DNA of 33,045 bases from Candidatus Doudnabacteria bacterium RIFCSPHIGHO2_01_FULL_45_18 (lineage in GTDB: Bacteria; Patescibacteriota; Doudnabacteria; UBA920; O2-02-FULL-48-8), in the NCBI GenBank assembly GCA_001779915.1, contig MFEJ01000007.1, positions 1-33,045 of the forward strand. The letters run 5' to 3'. Shown one piece after another: positions 25,893-33,045 of the stretch. A model generated the notes under the pieces. It was not told where the DNA came from. It made no database searches and saw only the letters and a program-made list of their open reading frames with translations. The position numbers were made by a program, and so were the translations under genes. The first letter of the stretch is position 1; every line of letters begins with the position of its first letter.

Positions 25893-26738
25893 ATGCGAAT
25901 CGGTACACATGTTTCAATCGCGGGTGGGATCGAAAAAGCCCCAGGCAACGCGGCGAAAGTCGGAGCCGAGTGTTTTCAGATTTTTTCGCGTTCGCCGCAT
26001 GGCGGCCCAGTCAAACCCATCACGCCTGATGTGGTAAAGAAATTTGCGGCGGAAATGAAAAAACATAAGCTGGATACGTTTTATATCCATACGCCATACT
26101 TTATTAATCTCTCTTCTGTCAAAAATAATATTTATTACGGTTCCATTGCCGTGATTCGGGAGGAGTTGGAGCGTGGAAGTAAGCTTTCCTGCAAGGCTGT
26201 GATGACACATTTGGGAAGTTTTGGCGAATTAGGGGATAAGGAAGGGTTGGAAAAGGTAGGAGTGTCAGTTGGCAAAATTATGAAAGGTTATAAGGGGACC
26301 ACCCAGTTGCTTTTGGAAATTTCTGCCGGAAGTGGTAGGGTAGTGGGCGATAAGTTTGAGGAAATTGCGAAAATTTTAGATCACAAGGATGTGAAAAAAC
26401 ACAAGGTGGGGGTTTGTTTTGACACTTGCCACGCGTTTGCGTCGGGCTATGATGTCCGCGATAAAAAATCCGTGGATGAGACACTTAAGCAATTTGATAA
26501 GATTATTGGTTGGAAAAAGTTGGTCATGGTGCACGTCAATGATTCCAAAGGCGAGTTTGGAGGGCATTTGGACCGCCACGAGCATATAGGAGTCGGCAAG
26601 ATTGGACTAGAGGGATTTAAAGCGCTGGCTCATCACAAAATTTTAGGCAAATTGGATTGGATTTTGGAAACACCCAAAGATGATCCCAAAGACGATCCGA
26701 AGAACATCGCAATTTTGAAAAAACTGCGTAAGGGTTGA
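25893..26738 (+). CDS. nfo: Endonuclease IV
   Basis: G.HVSIAGG, H.PY.INL, LLE, CFDTCH.FA.GYD, HVNDSK, DRHEHIG, ILETP. Confidence 0.95.
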   Translation: MRIGTHVSIAGGIEKAPGNAAKVGAECFQIFSRSPHGGPVKPITPDVVKKFAAEMKKHKLDTFYIHTPYFINLSSVKNNIYYGSIAVIREELERGSKLSCKAVMTHLGSFGELGDKEGLEKVGVSVGKIMKGYKGTTQLLLEISAGSGRVVGDKFEEIAKILDHKDVKKHKVGVCFDTCHAFASGYDVRDKKSVDETLKQFDKIIGWKKLVMVHVNDSKGEFGGHLDRHEHIGVGKIGLEGFKALAHHKILGKLDWILETPKDDPKDDPKNIAILKKLRKG

Positions 26739-26804
26739 CAAAATCACCAAAAAGGAGTATAATTATATATTGTACTTATTCGTAAATCCACATATACTAA
26801 CCAT

Positions 26805-27833
26805 ATGAGCGAAGATAGCCGCAACATAAATATTTCCTCCGTCACACTTTTGAAGATTGTCTTCATCGTGCTTTTGCTGTGGTTGTTTTGGTTGATCCGC
26901 GACGTTCTCCTCATTTTCATAATTGCCGTGATCGTGTCCTCGGCCATTGACCCGCTGGCTGATTATCTTTCGAAGCGCCATATTCCCAGAGTTCTAAGCG
27001 TGCTTGTGGTTTACGTAATATTTTTCGGAGTCATCACGCTGATTGGGTTCCTGCTGGTCCCGCCCTTGACCCAACAGTTTGAAGAAATCAAAAACGCGGA
27101 TGTCTACCAAGGCTTTATTTCGCAGGTTGGGATTTATCGCGATACTTTGAGTCAGTCCACCATTGGCCAGGCGATTGATAACAGTTTTAAGGAACTGGCA
27201 AATAATTTTGGTGGTACTTTGTTTGCCACTACCAAGGGAGTGGTTAACGGTGTGGTCTCGGTCATTACTGTGTTGGTTATTTCTTTTTATTTGACGATTG
27301 AAGAAAACGGCATGAAGAATTTCGTGAAGCATTTGGCGCCTTATAAGCACCAGGCTTATGTGTTCCGATTGGTAAATAAAATTCAGCGCAAAATGGGGGC
27401 TTGGGTTTTGGGGCAGTTAATTTTATCCGCCGTGATCTTCGGGTTGGTATTTATTGGTTTGACGGTTTTGAAAGTGGAATATGCTTTGGTTTTGGCATTA
27501 TTGGCCGGAATATTTGAAATCATTCCATATATCGGGCCGTTTGTTTCCGGCACTTTCGCCGTATTTTTTGCTTTCATTCAAGCGCCGGCGTTGGCACTGG
27601 CCGTGCTGATTTTATGGATCGTGACCCAACAGTTGGAAAGTCATATCATTGTGCCCATCGTCATGAGTCGCAGTGTTGGCTTAAATCCGGTATTGGTAAT
27701 TTTGGGAATTATTGTGGGAACCACCTTGGGTGGTATTATCGGCGCCCTGATCGCCATTCCTGTCATGAGCGGGATTTCGGTATTTGTGGAAGATTTGATG
27801 GAAGGCCATGCGTTTGAAGAAGAGCAAGGCTAA
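26805..27833 (+). CDS. AI-2E family (PerM-like) transporter
   Basis: IPYIGP, QQLES....P, LNP......GG..GAL.AIP motifs. Confidence 0.92.
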   Translation: MSEDSRNINISSVTLLKIVFIVLLLWLFWLIRDVLLIFIIAVIVSSAIDPLADYLSKRHIPRVLSVLVVYVIFFGVITLIGFLLVPPLTQQFEEIKNADVYQGFISQVGIYRDTLSQSTIGQAIDNSFKELANNFGGTLFATTKGVVNGVVSVITVLVISFYLTIEENGMKNFVKHLAPYKHQAYVFRLVNKIQRKMGAWVLGQLILSAVIFGLVFIGLTVLKVEYALVLALLAGIFEIIPYIGPFVSGTFAVFFAFIQAPALALAVLILWIVTQQLESHIIVPIVMSRSVGLNPVLVILGIIVGTTLGGIIGALIAIPVMSGISVFVEDLMEGHAFEEEQG

Positions 27834-27850
27834 CTTAATTGTAAGCTTAA

Positions 27851-28002
27851 TATGCCCAGTATATCAACTTCGATAATGGTTTTTGTATTTGCTTTTGTAC
27901 ATAGATAAAAATATTAATTAATATTACCTCGATCAGTCAGATTAAAGATTGATAACAAAAACCATTAAAAGCAAAAGCATCGAAGTTGTATTACTGGGTA
28001 TG
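27851..28002. repeat. Long degenerate inverted repeat in the AT-rich spacer before metG
   Basis: CCCAGTA/TACTGGG, CAACTTCGAT/ATCGAAGTTG and AATGGTTTTTGT/ACAAAAACCATT nested pairs. Confidence 0.7.
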
Positions 28003-28046
28003 CTATAATTAATAAGCCTGAATAAGGCTTTTTTCATTTGACGACC

Positions 28047-29483
28047 ATGACTGATGAACGAAAAAAATTCTATATCACGACGCCGATATATTATGTGAAC
28101 GACAAGCCACATATTGGCCATGCTTATACTACGATTGCGGCGGATGTTGTTGCCAGGCTTCACAGACAACTGGGTGAGGATGTTTTCTTTTTGACCGGGA
28201 CCGACGAGCATGGGGCGAAAATTGCCGCTTCGGCGGAAAAAGCGGGAAAATCCCCACAGGCGTTTGTCGACGAAATCTCCGCTAAATATTCTCTGACTTG
28301 GGACCAGCTGGGGATTGCGCCGGATAAATTTATCCGAACCACAGATCCCGAGCATAAAGATGCCGTGAAGGTATTTTTAGAAAAATTGAAGGCTTCAGGA
28401 AAAATTTACGAAGGCGAGTATGAGGGTTTGTATTGTGTAGGTCATGAAGCGTTTATCAAAGAATCAGAATTAGTAAACGGCGTTTGCCTGGATCATAAAA
28501 CCAAGCCGGAAAAAATTAGAGAACAGAATTGGTTTTTTAAACTTTCCGAATATCAGAAAATTTTGGAAGAAAGAATTTCCCATGATGATTTAATAATTCG
28601 CCCACCGACAAGGAAAAACGAAGTATTGTCTTTTATCAGACAAGGATTGGAAGATATTGCTATCTCTCGTCCGAATGTGAAGTGGGGGATTCCACTCCCA
28701 TGGGATAAAAGCCAAACTGTGTATGTTTGGGTTGAAGCTTTGTTTAATTATTGTTCAGCGATTGGGTATGTTTCTGATCCAGAGAATTTTCAGCGATACT
28801 GGCCAGCGGATTTACAGCTGCTAGGCAAAGAGATAATTAAATTCCACTGTATTATTGGGCCGGCCTTACTTTTGGCTATAAAAGAAGAATTACCAAAAGC
28901 GATTTTTGCCAATGGTTTTTTTACCTTAGGTGGAGAAAAAATTAGCAAAACTGTGGGCAATATCATTGATCCGAATGATTGGGTGGCGAAATACGGCTCG
29001 GATGCGGTCAGATATTTTGTTTTGCGCGAAGTGCCATTTGGCCAAGATGGGGATGTCAGCGAAGAAAAGCTTAAGGTTCGCTACAATTCGGATTTGGCTG
29101 ACGGTTTAGGAAATTTATTTTCTCGCACCACCAATATGATTGAAAAATATCTGGACGGGGATGTGGGCGAATTTGTAAGTCCCCCTAAAGATTTGTCCGG
29201 GGCATCAGATGCGTTCTATAATTTGGATTTTTCCGAAGGCTTGGTTTTGATTTGGAAAGAAATTGCCTGGGCCAACCAACTGATTGATAAAGCCAAGCCC
29301 TGGGAATTAGTAAAAACCGATCCGGAAAAGGTAAAAGAACTGCTTTTGAATTTGACGGCACTTTTGTATGACATCGCGAAGAAGCTTGCGCCGGTCTTAC
29401 CTGAAACCGCGCAGAAGATTAAGGAAATTTTAGAATCCGGAGATATTCGGAAACCAGAACCATTGTTTAAAAAGATTAGCTAA
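28047..29483 (+). CDS. metG: Methionine--tRNA ligase (short form, no C-terminal tRNA-binding domain)
   Basis: YITTPIYYVN..PHIGHAY, TGTDEHG.KI, KISK (KMSKS-like), N.DLA..LGNL. Confidence 0.96.
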   Translation: MTDERKKFYITTPIYYVNDKPHIGHAYTTIAADVVARLHRQLGEDVFFLTGTDEHGAKIAASAEKAGKSPQAFVDEISAKYSLTWDQLGIAPDKFIRTTDPEHKDAVKVFLEKLKASGKIYEGEYEGLYCVGHEAFIKESELVNGVCLDHKTKPEKIREQNWFFKLSEYQKILEERISHDDLIIRPPTRKNEVLSFIRQGLEDIAISRPNVKWGIPLPWDKSQTVYVWVEALFNYCSAIGYVSDPENFQRYWPADLQLLGKEIIKFHCIIGPALLLAIKEELPKAIFANGFFTLGGEKISKTVGNIIDPNDWVAKYGSDAVRYFVLREVPFGQDGDVSEEKLKVRYNSDLADGLGNLFSRTTNMIEKYLDGDVGEFVSPPKDLSGASDAFYNLDFSEGLVLIWKEIAWANQLIDKAKPWELVKTDPEKVKELLLNLTALLYDIAKKLAPVLPETAQKIKEILESGDIRKPEPLFKKIS

Positions 29484-29485
29484 CT

Positions 29486-29644
29486 CCATCGCGAGCGACT
29501 GCTTTGCCAATAAGCTCAAATCTTGGCAGTCGCGCCTGCCCGTTCCTGAACGGAACGTTCGGGCGGGTGGCGATCTCTCTCGTGAGTGATTGCCACGTCG
29601 CCGCCCAGACTAATTCATCTAGATAAAGCGGCTCCTCGCAATGG
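29486..29644. repeat. REP/REPIN-like doublet, copy B, with nested hairpin insertions
   Basis: Same conserved blocks as 12636-12706, plus an internal CCTGCCCG..CGGGCGGG palindrome. Confidence 0.75.
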
Positions 29645-29659
29645 CTCGATAGAAAACTA

Positions 29660-30460
29660 ATGAGATTTTTCGACACCCATACTCACGTAAATTTTTCGGA
29701 TTTCAAGTCTGAAACGGACGCGACGATCAAGCGGGCTTTGGATGCCAAGACCTGGTTGATCAACGTGGGGACTGGCTTGAAGGCTTCAAGAGAATGTGTT
29801 GATTTGGCTAAAAAATATCCGGAAGGGGTCTTTGCGAGCATCGGTCAGCATCCGACTGAGTCAGAAAGCTTTGAGGAAGAGGTTTATGAGACTCTGTTGT
29901 CGGATAAAGTCGTCGCCATAGGCGAGTGCGGTTTGGATTACTATAGGATACCTAAGGACAGTAATCAGGAAACAGTAATCAGTAAGCAGAAGAAGGAGTT
30001 TATAAAGCAAATTCAATTTGCGAAGAAATATGGTTTGCCCCTGATTATTCATTGTCGTGATGCTTACGAAGATTTGCTCGCGATTTTAAAATCCGAATAC
30101 GCGGGACTGCCGGCTGTTGCCCATTCGTTTACCGAGACTTGGGAAACTGCAAAGAAAATTTTGGATCAGGGTTTGTATATTGCACTAAATGGCATTTTAA
30201 CTTTTGATAAATCCGGTAAATTAGCAGAAGTGGTGGAAAAAATGCCTTTTGAGAAGTTACTGATTGAGACTGATGCCCCGTTTCTGGCGCCGCCGCCACA
30301 TCGAGGGAAGCGCAATGAGCCTGCGTTTGTCCAGTATGTGGCAGAAAAAATCGCGGCGATCAAGAAAATGAGTGTCGAGGAAGTCGGGGAACAAACTTTT
30401 GCGAATGCTTGTAAGTTATTTCAAATAAAAAACCCGGACCAAATAACTAGTCAGGGCTGA
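29660..30460 (+). CDS. tatD: TatD family hydrolase
   Basis: DTHTH, G.HP, AIGECGLDY, IIHCRDA, ETDAPFL.P...RGKRNEP. Confidence 0.95.
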   Translation: MRFFDTHTHVNFSDFKSETDATIKRALDAKTWLINVGTGLKASRECVDLAKKYPEGVFASIGQHPTESESFEEEVYETLLSDKVVAIGECGLDYYRIPKDSNQETVISKQKKEFIKQIQFAKKYGLPLIIHCRDAYEDLLAILKSEYAGLPAVAHSFTETWETAKKILDQGLYIALNGILTFDKSGKLAEVVEKMPFEKLLIETDAPFLAPPPHRGKRNEPAFVQYVAEKIAAIKKMSVEEVGEQTFANACKLFQIKNPDQITSQG

Positions 30461-30908
30461 TTTGAAGCGAGCGCAGGATGTCGGCGTCCGTGCCAGAGTC
30501 GGCAGCTGGCTGAGTCTGGACTAGCAACGCTGAAGAGCGTAATGCGGCGAGCTGTTGCTGGGGTGTTGTTGCAATGATCGTATAGCGGAGATTTGGAAAC
30601 TGCCGGCGGATGAGGTGTTCCACCTTGGCAATTTCATCCCAGCCATAATTGTCCACCATCGATTCCCAGACTTCATTCGCATATTCGTTCCAGGACTTTT
30701 CTTCAAGAAGCGCGCACCCATCTCCCAGTCCTTTGCCCTCCAGGGCAATGATAGGAATCAGGATTGGCCGGCGGTCTTGGGGGAGACCCATGATCTTGTG
30801 CTTTTGAATCTTCGGTCGTTCTGCTCTCCGGATCGCATTCTCCAGCATGCTCCGGAAGATGCCAACTTTCTCTAGAGCCAGGTCACGTGGAGTCTTCGTC
30901 TCACTCAC
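30447..30908 (-). CDS. Hypothetical protein (SD-led stand-alone gene)
   Basis: GAGGAGG 5 nt before GTG; TTTACT-17-TAAACT promoter (30942-30970); 3' end overlaps the tatD end. Confidence 0.6.
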   Translation of the reverse strand: MSETKTPRDLALEKVGIFRSMLENAIRRAERPKIQKHKIMGLPQDRRPILIPIIALEGKGLGDGCALLEEKSWNEYANEVWESMVDNYGWDEIAKVEHLIRRQFPNLRYTIIATTPQQQLAALRSSALLVQTQPAADSGTDADILRSLQISPD

Positions 30909-30991
30909 AGGATCCTCCTCAAGGAGTCTGAAGTTGCAAGCAGTTTAACCCAATTTATCAAAAAAGTAAACAATGCTAGAATAAGCTTGTT

Positions 30992-33045
30992 ATGCCCGAA
31001 ATTTACGATCATCCGCCTACGCATAAAGCTTCGGCGGACAGGCAAGGAAATATGTATAATCACAAAGATATTGAGAAAAAGTGGCAGGAAGTTTGGGAGA
31101 AAGAGAAGCTTTATAAAACTTCCGATAAGCCCCTGCCTTCGCCACGGCTTCGGCAGGCAGGCAAGAAGAAGCAGTATATTTTAGATATGTTCCCGTATCC
31201 ATCGGGGGCGGGTTTGCATGTGGGGCACCCGGAAGGATATACGGCCACGGACATTCTGGCGCGTTTTTTGAGGATGAACGGGTATGACGTCCTGCACCCC
31301 ATGGGCTGGGATGCGTTTGGTTTGCCGGCGGAAAATTACGCGATTAAAGAAGGGATTCCGCCGGCCGAATCAACTGCGAAAAATATTGACCGCTTTCGCC
31401 AACAGATAAAATCTATTGGGCTTTCGTATGATTGGTCGCGTGAGGTAAACACTTCTGACCCTAGTTATTACCGATGGACGCAGTGGCTGTTTTTGCAACT
31501 ATACAAAAAGGGGCTAGCTTACAAAAAAGAAGCGTATGTGAACTGGTGCCCGAAGGATCAGACTGTTCTGGCCAACGAGCAGGTAGTGGATGGTTGCTGT
31601 GAACGATGCGGGACAAAAGTCATCCAGAAACTTTTATCGCAATGGTTTTTCAAGATTACGGATTACGCCGATCGCTTGCTCAACGATTTAGATAAGCTGG
31701 ACTGGCCGGAGCCGATCAAGCTTATGCAACGAAACTGGATCGGCCGATCCGAAGGGGCCGAGATTGAGTTTATGGTAGATAACCCGAGGGTCAGGCGATT
31801 TATAATTCTGCATGGGAAACATGGGACTTCAAAACGAAATTTTATACCGTGGTTAAAAGCAAGTCTGGAGAAAAAAGGATACGAAGTCCAAACACCGGAT
31901 ATGCCGAATACCGAAGAACCAAATGATATAGAACAAGCGGATTTTGTACAAAAAAATTGTAAGCTGGACGACAGCACGGTCATCCTCGGACATTCATTTG
32001 GTGGGATTATAGCATTGCGGTTGTTGGAGCAGGGTATAAAAGTTCATGGAGTGGTTTTCGCTGCGACTCCGATGTCAGGTAAATTTTTGGATGGAAAAGT
32101 CCGTACAACCGTTGCCGCAGCCATCGACCGCGGATTTGATTTCGAAAAAATTAAACAGCAAGCAAATTATTTTAAAATTTTGGTGGATTCCACTGATACG
32201 GTAGTTCGACTTCAAGACGGCGAAATTTTAGCAGGAAAATTGAATTCGCTCAAACAATCGTTTGTTGGGAGTGAGCCACATTTTTGTGGAGCTGAAGAGC
32301 CAGCAATTTTAGACGCACTTTTGGCCAATATAAAAGTCTTCACAACCAGACCGGATACCATTTTTGGCGCAACGTATATGGTTTTGGCACCAGAGCATCC
32401 GCTAGTAAAGAATCTAGAATCTGGAATCTTGAATCCAGAAGAGGTCAGAAAGTATGCTGAAGATACGAAAAAGAAAACTGAAATGCAACGCACAGCTCTG
32501 GAAAAAGATAAATCTGGTGTGCAATTAAAAGGTGTTATGGCGATAAATCCGGCGACTAAAGAAAAAATTCCTGTTTGGATCGCGGATTACGTGCTCGCGA
32601 CTTACGGCACTGGAGCAATTATGGCTGTGCCACAACATGACGAACGCGACCAAGCATTTGCACAGAAATATAAACTGCCGATTGTGGACAAGCCTTTGAT
32701 TCCGATCCCAGAAGCGATTAAAAAGTTTGGCACGAAAAAGATTCAATATAAAATTCGTGACTGGCTGGTTTCCAGACAGAGATATTGGGGCGCGCCAATT
32801 CCAATTATTAATTGTGACAAATGTGGCAGGCAAGCGGTTCCGGAAAAGGATTTGCCGGTTCTGCTTCCAAATGATGTGGATTTTTTACCAACAGGTGAAT
32901 CCCCTTTGGCTCGTTCAAAAAAATTTAACCAGGTGAAATGTCCGAAGTGTGATGGCCCTGCTAGGCGGGATCATGATACCATGGACACTTTTGTGGATTC
33001 TTCTTGGTATTTTTTCCGCTTTACAGATCCGCTAAACGCGCTGGC
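30992..33045 (+). CDS. leuS: Leucine--tRNA ligase (3' partial) with inserted alpha/beta hydrolase domain
   Basis: Absent from the ORF track because no stop lies in the window. Manual translation gives [57 protein letters not shown] and [11 protein letters not shown]. Alternative start at 31052. Confidence 0.95.
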   Translation, partial: MPEIYDHPPTHKASADRQGNMYNHKDIEKKWQEVWEKEKLYKTSDKPLPSPRLRQAGKKKQYILDMFPYPSGAGLHVGHPEGYTATDILARFLRMNGYDVLHPMGWDAFGLPAENYAIKEGIPPAESTAKNIDRFRQQIKSIGLSYDWSREVNTSDPSYYRWTQWLFLQLYKKGLAYKKEAYVNWCPKDQTVLANEQVVDGCCERCGTKVIQKLLSQWFFKITDYADRLLNDLDKLDWPEPIKLMQRNWIGRSEGAEIEFMVDNPRVRRFIILHGKHGTSKRNFIPWLKASLEKKGYEVQTPDMPNTEEPNDIEQADFVQKNCKLDDSTVILGHSFGGIIALRLLEQGIKVHGVVFAATPMSGKFLDGKVRTTVAAAIDRGFDFEKIKQQANYFKILVDSTDTVVRLQDGEILAGKLNSLKQSFVGSEPHFCGAEEPAILDALLANIKVFTTRPDTIFGATYMVLAPEHPLVKNLESGILNPEEVRKYAEDTKKKTEMQRTALEKDKSGVQLKGVMAINPATKEKIPVWIADYVLATYGTGAIMAVPQHDERDQAFAQKYKLPIVDKPLIPIPEAIKKFGTKKIQYKIRDWLVSRQRYWGAPIPIINCDKCGRQAVPEKDLPVLLPNDVDFLPTGESPLARSKKFNQVKCPKCDGPARRDHDTMDTFVDSSWYFFRFTDPLNAL
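31013..31043. repeat. Palindromic repeat in frame at the leuS 5' end
   Basis: CCGCCTACGCATAAAGCTTCGGCGGACAGGC. Confidence 0.7.
31132..31161. repeat. Palindromic repeat inserted in frame inside leuS
   Basis: CCTGCCTTCGCCACGGCTTCGGCAGGCAGG, encoding [10 protein letters not shown]. Confidence 0.8.

Noticed and set aside
29510-29521. 12-bp match ATAAGCTCAAAT between the loop of repeat copy B and the rpsO 3' end next to copy A
   Set aside because: A single short AT-rich match that could be chance; not enough to claim flank capture.
31787-32326. Intein in leuS
   Set aside because: No N-terminal Cys/Ser block, no terminal His-Asn and no LAGLIDADG motif; the insert has hydrolase motifs.
1-33045. 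CRISPR array, rRNA or tRNA genes
   Set aside because: I saw no regularly spaced direct repeats and no cloverleaf or rRNA-like stretch by eye; tRNAscan-SE and Infernal would be needed to exclude them fully.

Overview
Bacterial chromosomal segment with Patescibacteria/CPR-like character (inferred from the alpha2-type GlyRS, short MetRS, core genes without Shine-Dalgarno (SD) sites, and palindromic repeats). From left to right: the C-terminus of a probable caspase-like defence protease; a CsoR-led copper/metal-resistance island (CcdA-like protein, P1B ATPase with a CPD motif, CopM/DUF305, and a decayed second ATPase); a xerC/D-type recombinase; a DUF559 nuclease; rpsO-pnp; an AT-rich restriction-modification island bracketed by 28-bp inverted repeats; a GIY-YIG nuclease; a matrixin protease; tgt, glyQS, an M16 peptidase, nfo, an AI-2E transporter, metG, tatD and a partial leuS. 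Four observations stand out. (1) Eight small stand-alone genes are interspersed among the core genes, each with a strong AGGAGG-type SD and usually its own promoter, whereas core genes lack SD; two of them look like signalling proteins that cannot be phosphorylated. (2) LeuRS carries a complete alpha/beta serine hydrolase inserted at the start of its editing domain. (3) Several REP-like palindrome families occur, some next to small nucleases and two inserted in frame in leuS. (4) There are several candidate structured RNAs. All family assignments come from motif recognition, not database searches.
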